DNA from: an uncultured Verrucomicrobiae bacterium
GTDB lineage: Bacteria; Verrucomicrobiota; Verrucomicrobiia; Chthoniobacterales; JAFAMB01
Reading direction: 5' to 3'
Assembly (NCBI GenBank): GCA_963813025.1
Contig: CAWEXO010000002.1
Location: 99,364 to 163,363 of the forward strand
DNA: 64,000 bases
The notes beneath the pieces are model-generated. The model worked only from the letters and a program-made list of their open reading frames with translations. It did not search any database and had not been told where the DNA came from. This document shows, piece after piece, positions 1-10,823 of this stretch (position 1 is the first letter of the stretch; each line of letters starts with the position of its first letter). A program made the translations under genes and the position numbers.

Positions 1-87
1 AGGAGCTAGAATCCAGGATCTGGCATTCGGCAGATGGGGACCTTGGTTCCATCATCCTGCTAACTCCTAAATCCTGGCTTTTTGCAC

Positions 88-1914
88 TTACGCTACCCCA
101 GCTAGCTCGGTCACCTGCACGTTGAACTGTAGATCGTATAGTTTCCGATAAAGAGTCGAACAGTCCAGCAACTCCAGATGAGTGCCGATATCGCGGATCT
201 CGCCCTGGTGCATCACGACGATCTGGTCCGCTTTCAAGACCGTCGATAAACGGTGCGCAATCGCGATGACCGTTCGGCCTTGCGATAGCTGCTCCAAGGC
301 CGCCTGAATTTCGCGCTCCGCTTCCGAGTCGAGGGCGGACATCGCTTCATCAAGCAGAAGGATAGGCGCGTCCTTCAGCAACGCGCGCGCGATCGAGATC
401 CGCTGCTGCTGACCTCCCGAGAGCAGACATCCTTTATCACCAATCACTGTGTCGTAGCCTTGCGGTTGCTGGAGGATAAAATCATGCGCAAACGCGCGGC
501 GGGCGGCTTCCGCGACTTCATCCTGGGAAGCATTCAGCCGGCCGTAACGAATATTGTTGGCGATCGTATCGTGGAAAAGAAACGTTTCCTGACTCACTAC
601 GCCGATGTTCTCGCGCAGCGATTCCTGGCGAAGCTTTCGAATGTCGTGTCCGTCAACCCGAATCACCCCGCTTTCCGGATCATAGAACCGCAGCAAGAGC
701 GAAAGCACCGTGCTTTTTCCCGCGCCGCTTGAACCAACGAGGGCGAAATATCTCCCCGGCTTGATGTGCAAACTGAGTTCCCGGATCGCCGGGGAAAGGC
801 CGGCGCGATACCGAAAGGTAACGTTTTCCAACCGGAGATCGCCATGACAATCCTTGAGATCCTCCGCTCCCGCTTGATCCTGAATCGCCGGTTCCTTGGT
901 CATGACCTCAAAGATTCCGGTCGTCGCCGTAAAACACTTCTGCATCGTGAGATGGATCCGGCTCAGTTTCTTCACGGGATCGTACAACAGAAAAATACCC
1001 GCCAATAGCGCAAGGAACTTCGCCGCGGAGAGGTGGGTGGCCCAAACATAGAAAATCGCGAGACCAACGCCGAAAGCCGCCACGGCCTCAACCATCGGAC
1101 CCACAATCTCAATGGCTTTGCGCACCCGGAAACTATTCCGAAATTGTTCAAGGCTCAGCTTGTTGAATTGCTGGATTTCTCGCTCTTCTCGGGCAAAAGC
1201 CTTGATGACCCGAATCCCGGCAAAGCTTTCCTGGAGCGCCACCATCATCGCGCCCATCCTTTGCTCCTCTGCCTTGCCCTGTTTGCGGACGCGGCGCCCA
1301 AAGACGACGATCGGCACGATTCCGAGGGGAAAAAGTACCAGGCTGAGAACCGTAAACTTCCAGTCCAGATGGAGTAAGGCCAGGACCGCACCGATAATCG
1401 TCAGCGGCTGTTTGATGAGATCGCTGCTGATGCTGGTGAGGGCGCTTTGCGCTTGCGTCGTGTCGTTGGCCACTTTCGACATCAAGTTACCGGAACGCTC
1501 CCGATTAAAGAACTCCATGGATTGACGCAGAATCCGACTGTAGAGCTTGCTGCGAATATCGGCTAAAACGCGGAGACTGACCCACGCCATGTAATAGGAG
1601 TTCAGGTAATCAAAGACACTTCGAATAACAAAGATCACAGGGATCGCCGCGCAGATGACCAGAACTGAATTGATCCCCGGACCCCGGTCGAGCATGTCGA
1701 GGGTCGACAACTTGGGATGGCCTTGTGGGAATACGTGGCTATTCACCTCCCGAATCGCCAAAGGCAAGAGACCGCTCACCAGCCCATATAGAGCACCGAA
1801 TAGCAACGCCAGAACGAAGCGCCCCCAGTACGGCTTAAGATAAGGAAAAAGATCGCGGTAAGGACCGACCAACAATGTCACGAACTTGCGCGGCGAGAGC
1901 TTACTTTTCGACAT
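88..1914 (-). CDS. msbA: Lipid A/LPS-type ABC exporter, fused permease-ATPase (MsbA-like)
   Basis: TM domain plus Walker A GSSGAGKS, LSGGQQQR signature, LLLDEA Walker B and IAHRLST; next to LPS glycosyltransferases. Start placed at MSKSK (1914); ORF is open to 1968. Confidence 0.8.
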   Translation of the reverse strand: MSKSKLSPRKFVTLLVGPYRDLFPYLKPYWGRFVLALLFGALYGLVSGLLPLAIREVNSHVFPQGHPKLSTLDMLDRGPGINSVLVICAAIPVIFVIRSVFDYLNSYYMAWVSLRVLADIRSKLYSRILRQSMEFFNRERSGNLMSKVANDTTQAQSALTSISSDLIKQPLTIIGAVLALLHLDWKFTVLSLVLFPLGIVPIVVFGRRVRKQGKAEEQRMGAMMVALQESFAGIRVIKAFAREEREIQQFNKLSLEQFRNSFRVRKAIEIVGPMVEAVAAFGVGLAIFYVWATHLSAAKFLALLAGIFLLYDPVKKLSRIHLTMQKCFTATTGIFEVMTKEPAIQDQAGAEDLKDCHGDLRLENVTFRYRAGLSPAIRELSLHIKPGRYFALVGSSGAGKSTVLSLLLRFYDPESGVIRVDGHDIRKLRQESLRENIGVVSQETFLFHDTIANNIRYGRLNASQDEVAEAARRAFAHDFILQQPQGYDTVIGDKGCLLSGGQQQRISIARALLKDAPILLLDEAMSALDSEAEREIQAALEQLSQGRTVIAIAHRLSTVLKADQIVVMHQGEIRDIGTHLELLDCSTLYRKLYDLQFNVQVTELAGVA

Positions 1915-1957
1915 TACTGTGGAGAATAGCTGACAGCTAATAATTGATAGCCCATGG

Positions 1958-2992
1958 TCAGTTCGCACCTGGACATGGGCTGTTGGCCATCTCAGCCAAG
2001 AGGATCTTCATAGCACACGTTACCGTTTCGGTCGACAGTTCGCTCATCGGATGGCCTTGTTCCCGTGGCCGGTCAGGTTGATAATTATGCCCAAAACCGG
2101 CTCGGACGCTCCTCGCCCAAGGATGCTGCGCATTCCAATGAAACGGGTTCGTTGGCCCGAAAAGGACGACCTGCGGGCGCTCGAAGACCGCCGCAATATG
2201 CGCGCCCGCGGTGTCGACTCCCAGAAAAAACCCGGCGTCTTTGATCACCGCCGCCGAAAGCAAGAAATCAAGACGTCCGGTCAAATCGAATGATCTCACT
2301 CCGGGAGCAAGTTTTTCACGTATCTGGAGAACATGCTCTATTTCCAAGGTTTGTTTGCCGCCGGTGATTACCGCTGGCATTCCCAGCATCCGAGTTGCTT
2401 CACCGATGACGTTTGCCCAGCGCTCCGGCAGCCAGTATTTTTCCGGGCGTGCCGCGCCGGGGTGAACCACAAAATACTTCTCGGGAATCGAGAGTTCCCG
2501 GCGGAGCGAATCCGCCGATCGGCTGACCGAAGCCGGGATTGACAGGGAGGGGCGCTGATCCCCCTCGGCCGATCCGAGCGACCGAACCAGATCCAGGTAG
2601 TGATCGGTCGTATGCTTCTCCCGCACCCGCGATTGCACGAGATCGGTGTAGGCCCATGATCGTAAGCGATGCCGGGCCAGAAAAGAAAAGCCAACCCGCT
2701 TGGGCGCTTTAGAGACAAAGGTCGCAAGAGCCGAGCGATCATTTCCGGTAAAATCCAGACACAGACTCGGTGCGCTCTGGGCAATGCTGCGCCACACCCA
2801 AAACGGATCGTTCCGCTGGAAAACGCGCACATCGTCCACCATCGTGATCGCCGGGCTCAGGTCGCGTGCATAGTCATCTATCAGCAGCGTAATTCTTGCT
2901 TCGGAGTAGAGCTGCCGCAGGGCTGACAGGGCGGGCGTCGTGAGGATGACATCGCCGAGCCGTTTCAGCTGGATAACAAGGATCGAGTTCAT
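1958..2992 (-). CDS. GT9 family LPS heptosyltransferase (WaaF/WaaQ-like)
   Basis: ILVIQLKRLGDVILTTP, HPGA, GVDTAGAHIAA and LFGPT motifs; start placed at MNSILV. Confidence 0.88.
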   Translation of the reverse strand: MNSILVIQLKRLGDVILTTPALSALRQLYSEARITLLIDDYARDLSPAITMVDDVRVFQRNDPFWVWRSIAQSAPSLCLDFTGNDRSALATFVSKAPKRVGFSFLARHRLRSWAYTDLVQSRVREKHTTDHYLDLVRSLGSAEGDQRPSLSIPASVSRSADSLRRELSIPEKYFVVHPGAARPEKYWLPERWANVIGEATRMLGMPAVITGGKQTLEIEHVLQIREKLAPGVRSFDLTGRLDFLLSAAVIKDAGFFLGVDTAGAHIAAVFERPQVVLFGPTNPFHWNAQHPWARSVRAGFGHNYQPDRPREQGHPMSELSTETVTCAMKILLAEMANSPCPGAN

Positions 2993-3227
2993 CGCACCAA
3001 TTGAGGGGGGCGCAGGCGCAGCGCAGACCGATACTCCTGGCGAGGCCGCATCCGGAAGTGATCCCATGTAAAATTTTCCATCACCCGCGCGCGGCCCGCC
3101 CTGTCCGTAGAGTCAGCATGATCAATCAGGGAAAGAGGATACGAGAGAAGATGGTGGACGCAAACAACCAGCGCCTTGCCTCCATTGGTCGGCGCCGTCT
3201 ATTGGTTAGCGAGAAGCGTAAGAGCGA

Positions 3228-4322
3228 ATGAAGATCGGGCTGGTTCGACGCGGTTTCGCCCGCGCAGGCGGAGCAGAGAGTTATCTCAAAAGGCTGGGAA
3301 AGATCCTCGCTGAACATGGGCATACGACAACCTTGTATACCAGTCAGGAGTGGCCGCTGGCTGAATGGCCTTACGGAAAATTGATTCGCCTGAAGGAGCG
3401 ATCGCCCGAGCGCTTCGCGCGGGAGTTGCCGCGCCGGCGCGTTTCCGATGATCTGCTTTTCAGTCTCGAGCGGGTTCTGCAGTGCGATTGTTATCGGGCC
3501 GGCGACGGCGTGCACCGCTGCTGGCTGAGGCGCCGAGCAAAATACGAACCGGCATGGCGGGCCAAGTTCCGTGCGCTCCAGCGCAAACACATCGAAATGT
3601 TGGCATTGGAAGAGGAGATGTTTCAGCAGGCGGGCGCCCGCTTCGTTATCGCGAATTCCGAACTCGTAAAAAACGAGATCGTTTCCGAGTTCAATGTTCC
3701 GGAGGACCGGATCGGCGTGATCTACAACGGGTTGCCTGACAATCGATTCACCAAGAAACCGAGCAAGCGTTCTGAGATCCGGAGCAGTCTTGGCTTGGCG
3801 GACACCGATATTGCTCTGTTGTTTGCTGGGTCCGGATGGGCGCGGAAAGGACTCCGGTTTGCCCTTGCCGCTTTGCGGCAAATAAAGGATCGCAGGTTTA
3901 AGCTGCTGGTCGCCGGAACCGATCGAAGACCGTTATTCGCCGCTTCGCATGTCCAGTACCTCGGCCCGATGGACAACCTGGAGTCGATCTATCGGGCGGC
4001 CGACCTCTTCATCCTGCCAACGATTTATGATCCTTTCTCAAACGCTTGTCTCGAAGCTGTCTCGTTTGGTTTGCCGGTCATTACGACCCGGGCCAACGGT
4101 TTCTCGGAGATCATGCAATCGGGCGTACACGGTTGCGTCATCCCTCAAGCCGATGACATTGCGGCACTTCGGCAAGCCATCGAAACCTGGAGCGACGCCG
4201 CGCTTCGGACGACGGCGCGTCCGGCCTGCCTGGAGCTTGCCGCCGGCTATACGATGCAGAGAAACATGGACAAAACGCTCGCGGTCCTGGAGAACCTCGC
4301 GAGGGTCAAGACGGGTCGGTAG
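3228..4322 (+). CDS. GT4 family glycosyltransferase (WaaG/RfaG-like)
   Basis: GGAE near the N-terminus, IYNG, FAGSGWARKG, YDPFSNACLEA...GLPVITT. Confidence 0.88.
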   Translation: MKIGLVRRGFARAGGAESYLKRLGKILAEHGHTTTLYTSQEWPLAEWPYGKLIRLKERSPERFARELPRRRVSDDLLFSLERVLQCDCYRAGDGVHRCWLRRRAKYEPAWRAKFRALQRKHIEMLALEEEMFQQAGARFVIANSELVKNEIVSEFNVPEDRIGVIYNGLPDNRFTKKPSKRSEIRSSLGLADTDIALLFAGSGWARKGLRFALAALRQIKDRRFKLLVAGTDRRPLFAASHVQYLGPMDNLESIYRAADLFILPTIYDPFSNACLEAVSFGLPVITTRANGFSEIMQSGVHGCVIPQADDIAALRQAIETWSDAALRTTARPACLELAAGYTMQRNMDKTLAVLENLARVKTGR

Positions 4323-4463
4323 GAGTCACAGGAGTTGCAGGACTCATAGGATTCCTGGAGTCTTTAAACCCTTCCATTTGCCGCCATCGCAGATAGCCGT
4401 TATTTTCGCGCGAGTAGGCCCCCGTTTTTCCCACCTCTCTCCAGTCAACCCCGCAAAATCTTC

Positions 4464-5501
4464 ATGAGCTTTCAATATCCCAAACTTCATAATGCGATGT
4501 GGCCCGGCCTCGTTGGCAAAGGCCCCGGTTGCGAACCATTCATCGACCTTGACACCATGCTCGATCTAACTGCACAAGCCGACGTCGACGGTGTCCGGTT
4601 TGATGGTGTCGACCTGTTTGTGTCCGATCCGCACGTCAGCATTGACTCGACCAAAGATGACTTGCGGCGGTTAGCAGATAAGATCTCCGCAAAAAATCTC
4701 GCCATAGGATCTCTGGTTGCCCCGGTCTGGCCTCCGACCGGTGGTGGCTCAGCGATGGGATCAAAAGAAGAACGGACCCGTTTTCTGGAACAGGTGCGCA
4801 AGACCTGTCGGATCGGCGCTGCTCTCAAAGAACTCGGAATTCGAAAATCCGGGGTCGTCCGGATTGACTCAGCGACCGATCCGGCGACCTGGATAAAAGA
4901 TCCGGAAGGGACCAAGAAGATCGCGGCCACCTTTCGCGAGAGTTGCGGCATTGCGGAAGATCATGGCGAGCGTCTGGCGGCGGAGGGGGAGATCTGTTGG
5001 GGTGGGATGCACAGCTGGCGCAAGATGCTCGATCTGCTGGAAATGGTTGATCGCCCGGACACTCTCGGCTTCCAAGCCGACATGGCGCACACCCTCCTTT
5101 ACCTGCTCGGATATAATGCACCGGAAGACGCCATCCTGCCGGAGGGTTTCGATTGGCAGGACGACGAAAAACTGCGGCATGCTCTGGCTACGATGACCCA
5201 TGAATTGCGTCCCTGGACGAACGATTTTCACGTGGCGCAAAATGACGGCACAGTCAAAGGCAGCGGTTCTCACGATAAAACCGGGCGGCACTGTTTGCCC
5301 GACGATCCTCATGGCAAGCTCCAGATCGCCCGCGATGCCGGCCACTGGTTGCGCGACGACAAAGGCAATCTGACAAAAGCCATTCAGCATATTTGCTGGG
5401 ATGGTTGCATGTTCCCGAACGAGGTCATGCTCCAGCCGCAGGCCTGGAACTCGATTTTGTCGGCGATGATATCGGTGCGCGAAGCGAACGGTTGGAATTG
5501 A
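4464..5501 (+). CDS. Sugar phosphate isomerase/epimerase, xylose-isomerase-like TIM barrel
   Basis: LAAEGE, FQADMAH and FHVAQND metal-ligand pattern of the AP-endonuclease-2 TIM barrels; co-oriented with the Gfo/Idh/MocA gene. Confidence 0.75.
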   Translation: MSFQYPKLHNAMWPGLVGKGPGCEPFIDLDTMLDLTAQADVDGVRFDGVDLFVSDPHVSIDSTKDDLRRLADKISAKNLAIGSLVAPVWPPTGGGSAMGSKEERTRFLEQVRKTCRIGAALKELGIRKSGVVRIDSATDPATWIKDPEGTKKIAATFRESCGIAEDHGERLAAEGEICWGGMHSWRKMLDLLEMVDRPDTLGFQADMAHTLLYLLGYNAPEDAILPEGFDWQDDEKLRHALATMTHELRPWTNDFHVAQNDGTVKGSGSHDKTGRHCLPDDPHGKLQIARDAGHWLRDDKGNLTKAIQHICWDGCMFPNEVMLQPQAWNSILSAMISVREANGWN

Positions 5502-5590
5502 CTCCTTCCCGGGGTCCTGATCGGTCCGCGTGCGCCGGCGGGGTCATCTGTGCTACTATCCGGCTGCTCCCTCATTTCCCTCCTAAAAAA

Positions 5591-6724
5591 ATGAAAAACC
5601 TGAACATTGGTCTGGTTGGCTACGGCTTTATGGGCCGAGCCCATTCGAATGCCTACCTTTCGGTTAACCAGTTCTTTGAGCTTGAACACAAGCCGGTGCT
5701 GAAGGCCGTCGCCGCCCGGGACGAACAGAAGGTGCGACGGTTCGCACACAAATGGGGTTATGAACGGGCCACCACAGATTGGCGAGAGCTGGTCAAGGCT
5801 CCGGACATCGATATCATTGATATCGCGAGCCCGAACGATACCCATGCCGAGATCGCCATCGCGGCGGCGCAAGCGGGTAAAATTGTTCTTTGCGACAAGC
5901 CGCTGGCCAGAAACCTGGCCGAGGCGTCTCGAATGGTTGAGGCAATCAGCAAAGCCGGGGTGCCGAGCATGGTATGGTACAATTACCGGCGCATCCCGGC
6001 GGTGACGCTGGCAAAACAGATTATAGCCGCGAACAAACTTGGCCGGATTTTTCATTATCGGGCCAAGTTTTTACAGGATTGGACGATCTCGGCGCAAGTT
6101 CCACAAGGGGGCGCAGCGTTATGGCGGCTCGATGCCGATGTCGCCGGAAGTGGGGTGACCGGCGATCTGCTCGCCCACTGTATCGACACCGCCATCTGGT
6201 TAAACGGCGAGGTGGAGACGGTCTCGGCAATGACCGAGACGTTTGTGAAAGAGCGGATGCACAATATCACCGGTAAACCGGAAAAGGTCGGGATCGACGA
6301 CGCCAGTGCCTTCCTTGCTCGATTCAAAAATGGTTCGTTGGCCACGTTTGAAGCCACCCGCTACGCGCGTGGACACAAGGCATTGTACACTTTCGAAATC
6401 AACGGCGAATCCGGATCACTTGCCTGGGATCTCCACGACATGCACCGTTTAGCGTGGTTTGACCACAAAGATGAGGGAGCGATGCGCGGTTGGCGATCCA
6501 TCCATGTGACGGAGGGAGAACATCCCTACATGAAACACTGGTGGGTGCCGGGACTCGCCATCGGTTTCGAGCACTCTTTTACGCACCAGATAGCCGACTT
6601 TATCCAAAGCCTGGAAAAGAAAAAGCCGGCGGAACCGGATTTTGCCGAAGCCCTAAAGACTGAGTTTGTCGTCGCGGCGGTTTTGCGGTCGGCTAAATCC
6701 CGTCATTGGGAGCAGGTGGGGTGA
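5591..6724 (+). CDS. Gfo/Idh/MocA family NAD(P)-dependent oxidoreductase
   Basis: [12 protein letters not shown]ossmann motif, [15 protein letters not shown]; start placed at ATG 5591. Confidence 0.9.
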   Translation: MKNLNIGLVGYGFMGRAHSNAYLSVNQFFELEHKPVLKAVAARDEQKVRRFAHKWGYERATTDWRELVKAPDIDIIDIASPNDTHAEIAIAAAQAGKIVLCDKPLARNLAEASRMVEAISKAGVPSMVWYNYRRIPAVTLAKQIIAANKLGRIFHYRAKFLQDWTISAQVPQGGAALWRLDADVAGSGVTGDLLAHCIDTAIWLNGEVETVSAMTETFVKERMHNITGKPEKVGIDDASAFLARFKNGSLATFEATRYARGHKALYTFEINGESGSLAWDLHDMHRLAWFDHKDEGAMRGWRSIHVTEGEHPYMKHWWVPGLAIGFEHSFTHQIADFIQSLEKKKPAEPDFAEALKTEFVVAAVLRSAKSRHWEQVG

Positions 6725-6851
6725 GGTGTCGGCCTAGTGTGTGTCCCCTGGGACCCGTGGGTCCCATAGGTCCCATGGCTCCGATAGTCCCGTAGGGGCT
6801 ATAGCGCCCTCACACCCAATGCCGATAACGCCATACGCCGCCCAAACCGAC

Positions 6852-8102
6852 TCACGCCGCTCCTATCCCGGGCGCCGCGGGGTTCGCGTCCGGCCCGAAA
6901 TAGCGGAGCACTACCAGATCTTCCACAGCGCTGGTGTTTTCGAATCTCACTCCGGCGCGCGCGGCCGGCTCAGTGCAGAAGACCTCGTCGTTGGTCATCT
7001 CAACGAACCGGATCAGCTTGGGACAATCCAGCAGGAGATTGTTCATTTTCCCGTTACCCTGAACCACGATCAGGCCGTAGGCGCCGTTATCTTTGATCGT
7101 GCACTTCACGCCCGGCTCAATCGTCAATTCTTTTGCGGTAAATAACTGTTCGCCGTTGATCTTTCCATACACGATCCAGCGATCCAAGTAACCTTCCGAG
7201 GCGGTGTCCGCTACCGGGACAGGCTTCAGAAAATGGTTCTTTTTGAACTCCGGATCGACGTTTGCCTCCCAGTCAAGCTCGCTGACGATGAAATCCAGAT
7301 CGAAGTGTCGCTCCTTCGGAATATCCTTCACCAAAAGTGAACGCGGCATTTCCCGCCCTTCGACCAGGGATTGAAACATGGCGAACACATCCGAGCCCCA
7401 TTGCGGCTCGTAGGTGCAAAGTGAACCGGGGGCGTGAAGCAGGCCCGGACCGATCAACCACCCGGTCCCCGGCTCCAGACGATAAGCTTTTGAAAGATCG
7501 AGAATGCCGTTATCACCTTTGTTCCAGTTTTCCAGGCATCGTTTGACGTCTTCCCGGACGGTCCCGGGTTCGAGACCCATAAAGGTATAAGGAAAATTGT
7601 TGCCCACTGTGTTGTGCTGCGGCGGGAAATAATAGCTCTCCGGCTTACCCTCTTGTCCGACCAGCCGAGCGTGTTCCTGCGATTGATGCATGTGGTGCGG
7701 AATCGGACCCATGTTGTCGAAGAACTTCGAGTAAACCGGCCATCGATGGTAGCGGTCCCAGATCGTTTTTCCGATTAGTTCCGAGCCGAGCTCCTCAACG
7801 GCGGCAGCCACGGTAAATCTCCGATCATCAACGACGCAGTAGCTCAATCCTTCGTCCGGGGTGCGCCCTTCATTCGCGGCCGGCGTGGTCGAGGCAAACC
7901 AACGCTCGTCAATACCGCCGCGATCCAGGCCAAAGGCGTAAAGGTCGTATGGATGAAGTTTTAAACGGCGACCCGGCTGCAGAAAAGATCGCGGCACCCA
8001 GCACGGAGCCAATCGCAACAGTCCGCCGCTCTGATCGAGGGCGTCTTGAACAACTTGGCGAAGGTTTGTATCGACGGTCTTGAGCGCGGTAACTGTTTTC
8101 AT
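6852..8102 (-). CDS. Cupin-fold protein, class I mannose-6-phosphate-isomerase-like
   Basis: KFFD...PHHMHQ...GKPESYYF...LLHAPG...YEPQ resembles the PMI type I HxH/E/H metal site; substrate unknown. Confidence 0.6.
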   Translation of the reverse strand: MKTVTALKTVDTNLRQVVQDALDQSGGLLRLAPCWVPRSFLQPGRRLKLHPYDLYAFGLDRGGIDERWFASTTPAANEGRTPDEGLSYCVVDDRRFTVAAAVEELGSELIGKTIWDRYHRWPVYSKFFDNMGPIPHHMHQSQEHARLVGQEGKPESYYFPPQHNTVGNNFPYTFMGLEPGTVREDVKRCLENWNKGDNGILDLSKAYRLEPGTGWLIGPGLLHAPGSLCTYEPQWGSDVFAMFQSLVEGREMPRSLLVKDIPKERHFDLDFIVSELDWEANVDPEFKKNHFLKPVPVADTASEGYLDRWIVYGKINGEQLFTAKELTIEPGVKCTIKDNGAYGLIVVQGNGKMNNLLLDCPKLIRFVEMTNDEVFCTEPAARAGVRFENTSAVEDLVVLRYFGPDANPAAPGIGAA

Positions 8103-8139
8103 TTTGGAGAATGAGACATGGAAACAGCTGAACCGTTAA

Positions 8140-8311
8140 CAGTCAATCGAGCGGAGGAAGCGGCGGGAGCGACCTCAGCTGCGGGAGGTAGGTTGCCAAT
8201 TGAGAAAGCAAAGAGCGCAACTTCCTTCCCCATAGCTCGTACCTCCGACCGTTCTTGCGCTACATTCCTCCGCTGAAGCCGCTCCCGCCGCTTCCTCCGC
8301 TCGATTGACTG
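8140..8311. repeat. 172-bp palindromic element with perfect 32-bp terminal inverted repeats
   Basis: CAGTCAATCGAGCGGAGGAAGCGGCGGGAGCG (8140-8171) is the exact reverse complement of 8280-8311. Confidence 0.85.
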
Positions 8312-8330
8312 ACTCCTGCGACTCTCCCCT

Positions 8331-9869
8331 CTAAAACCCTCCCCAAGCCCGGCCGTCCCGCCGGAGCAACTCCTCTCCTTCTTCCGGTCCCCAACTGCCG
8401 GCGGGATAGAAACACAACGGTGGTTGCTCCCCGTCGTTATGCCAGGCTTCCTCGATGCTATCAACAAATCGCCAGGCTTCCTCGACTTCGTCGCGTCGGG
8501 CAAAAAGCGTGGCATCACCTGCCATCGCATCGAGCAGTAGCCGTTCGTAAGCCTCCGGACTCGCCTTGCCAAAAGATGTCCCATATTGAAAGTCCATTTT
8601 CACCGGTTGAATCCGGACGCTGGCACCCGGAGCTTTGGATTGCATTCGAAGCGACACTCCTTCGTCCGGTTGAATTCGGATCAGCAAAACGTTCTGCGAC
8701 TTCACGCTCTGCCCGGTCGGCTCCGACCGATTAAAAAGCACGCCGGGCGGATTTTTGAAATGAATGCCGATCTCCGTGGCTGTTTTCGGCAATCGTTTAC
8801 CGACCCGGACGTAGAACGGCACATCGGCCCACCGCCAGTTATCGATCAAAAGCCGCAGTGCGACATAAGTCTCGGTCGCCGATCCCGGCCGCACATTTTT
8901 TTCGTCGCGATAGCCCAGGACAGGCTTGCCGTTGATCGAACCGGCCGAGTACTGACCGCGCACGACGTCCCGGCCAACCGCCGACCCCCGGAGGCGGCGC
9001 AGCGAACGCAGCACCTTGACCTTTTCGTCTCGAATAGAGTCGGCGCTGAGATCAGTGGGCGGTTCCATCGCCACCAGACAGAGCAATTGCAGCAGGTGAT
9101 TCTGGACCATATCCCGCAAAGCACCCGCCCCTTCGTAGTAACCAGCCCGACTCTCGACCCCCAGTTGTTCGCTCGCCGTAATCTCAACATGGTCGATATA
9201 ACGTTGGTTCCAGAGGTGCTCAAAAATGGAGTTGGCGAAGCGCAACACCATGATGTTCTGGGCCGTTTCCTTGCCGAGATAGTGGTCGATCCGGAAAGTA
9301 GATGCTTCACTGAAGACGTCGTGCAGCACGGCATTCAGATGCTGCGCGGTCGGCAGATCGATACCGAAGGGTTTCTCGACGATGATTCGCGACCAGGCAC
9401 CCTCCCGGCGGCGATTCAATCCGGATTCCTTAATGTGATACAGAATCGGCTCGAACTGGTCCGGACCCGCGGATAGGTAGAAAAGACGGTTACCTCGCGT
9501 CGTCCCCTCGGCATCAAGCGTTTCGAGCCGGTCCGCGAGGCGACGATACCCATCTTGATCAGAGAACTCGCTTCGGTGATAATAAATACTCTTGCCGAAC
9601 TCCCGCCACAGATCGTCATTGATCTCTTGCCGGGAGAATCGACCGGCAGCCTCCTGCAGTTCTTGACGAAACACGCTATCATCCTTGTCCCGCCGGGCAA
9701 ATCCCACCACGGATAAACCTGATGGCAAATCGCCATCAGCGCGCAGATTGTAGAGTGCCGGAATCAGTTTTCGATGAGTCAAGTCCCCGGTCGCGCCAAA
9801 GATAACGATCGAACACGGTTCCGGGATCGCCCGAGGCGCAAAACTTTCCTGTACGATTTTTTCGGTCAT
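8331..9869 (-). CDS. zwf: Glucose-6-phosphate 1-dehydrogenase
   Basis: GATGDL, EKPFG, RIDHYLGKE, DMVQNH and RIQPDEG signature motifs. Confidence 0.97.
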   Translation of the reverse strand: MTEKIVQESFAPRAIPEPCSIVIFGATGDLTHRKLIPALYNLRADGDLPSGLSVVGFARRDKDDSVFRQELQEAAGRFSRQEINDDLWREFGKSIYYHRSEFSDQDGYRRLADRLETLDAEGTTRGNRLFYLSAGPDQFEPILYHIKESGLNRRREGAWSRIIVEKPFGIDLPTAQHLNAVLHDVFSEASTFRIDHYLGKETAQNIMVLRFANSIFEHLWNQRYIDHVEITASEQLGVESRAGYYEGAGALRDMVQNHLLQLLCLVAMEPPTDLSADSIRDEKVKVLRSLRRLRGSAVGRDVVRGQYSAGSINGKPVLGYRDEKNVRPGSATETYVALRLLIDNWRWADVPFYVRVGKRLPKTATEIGIHFKNPPGVLFNRSEPTGQSVKSQNVLLIRIQPDEGVSLRMQSKAPGASVRIQPVKMDFQYGTSFGKASPEAYERLLLDAMAGDATLFARRDEVEEAWRFVDSIEEAWHNDGEQPPLCFYPAGSWGPEEGEELLRRDGRAWGGF

Positions 9870-9923
9870 AGTATCCCTGTTTGAGCAGTCACTCGGCTAT
9901 TGCACGACGGCGCCCGTAAGACA

Positions 9924-10162
9924 AGTAGCGAGTCCCGAGCAGTGAGTCCCAAGTCCCGAGTCCCGGGTTGCGGGATCCCGAGTTGGGAGTGGCGAGTAGC
10001 CGGCACGAGACAGGACCCATCCGAGGAGCCCAAGTTCGCGGCGGTACCGCTGAGAAGTGAGATCGATATCTCTCTGATGGAATGAGTGCTGAGAGCCAAC
10101 TCGGAATCTATCCGCTCGAAACTCGGGACCCGCAACCCGGGACTCGCTACTCGGGACTCACT
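9924..10162. repeat. Element bounded by inverted arrays of 7-bp repeats (GAGTCCC/GAGTAGC type)
   Basis: Left arm AGTGAGTCCC...CGAGTCCCGGGTTGCGGGATCCCGAGTT is complementary to right arm AACTCGGGACCCGCAACCCGGGACTCGCTACTCGGGACTCACT. Confidence 0.85.
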
Positions 10163-10634
10163 TTACGTAAATCGCGTAAAAGCCGTGGAATATCCCAATT
10201 TTTCCATTTCCCGGGTTATCAACCACATAAACCCCTTCCGGTGTGGCCAGCGCCCGGGTTCTGACGTCAAAGATCAACAGTAATTGCGTCGAAACATCAT
10301 TACCGGTCATTGCGTGAGGATCGCTTCCATAGACAGAAGTGGCTTGGGCGGTCCCCTTTGTCAGGCGATTGAGCACCACCGGCACGTCAGCCACGCTCAC
10401 TTCCCTCGCTTTTACCGCCACAAATGGAGTCTGGTCCAGGAGTGTACGAGTAGCCGGACGTAACCGGCTGAGAAAGGCCTGGAACCGCGTTGTCGCCATG
10501 GCGACCTCCCACGGCTGAGGATCGCCGAGGGCAATCGAATAGTCGATGTACCCGGCGCGGACCGCCGGTGTCGTGCCTAAGATCAGGATAAAAACGGCTA
10601 GCAGAAACGATGGGGCATTCGTTGGTCGTCGCAT
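10158..10634 (-). CDS. Exported hypothetical protein, paralogue of 10824-11354
   Basis: Signal-peptide-like N-terminus ending AVRA; shares motifs with the neighbouring ORF. Confidence 0.7.
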   Translation of the reverse strand: MRRPTNAPSFLLAVFILILGTTPAVRAGYIDYSIALGDPQPWEVAMATTRFQAFLSRLRPATRTLLDQTPFVAVKAREVSVADVPVVLNRLTKGTAQATSVYGSDPHAMTGNDVSTQLLLIFDVRTRALATPEGVYVVDNPGNGKIGIFHGFYAIYVK

Positions 10635-10663
10635 TGAGGAAGATGCATTAATTAGCGCGACGC

Positions 10664-10818
10664 GTCCCGAGTTGCTAGTCCCTAGTCCCGAGTGGCGAGA
10701 TAAGCCCATGTGCAAGTATTACGTTCGTTGAGCAGTGAAATCACTCTGATTGCAAAAGTCGATGTTCAGCTCCGACCCGCAACCTGATTTGCCGCTCGCC
10801 ACTCGGGACTCGCCACTA
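10664..10818. repeat. Second, more degenerate 7-bp inverted-array element of the 9924 family
   Basis: GTCCCGAGTTGCTAGTCCCTAGTCCCGAGTGGCGAG ... CTCGCCACTCGGGACTCGCCACT. Confidence 0.75.
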
Positions 10819-10823
10819 ACTTC

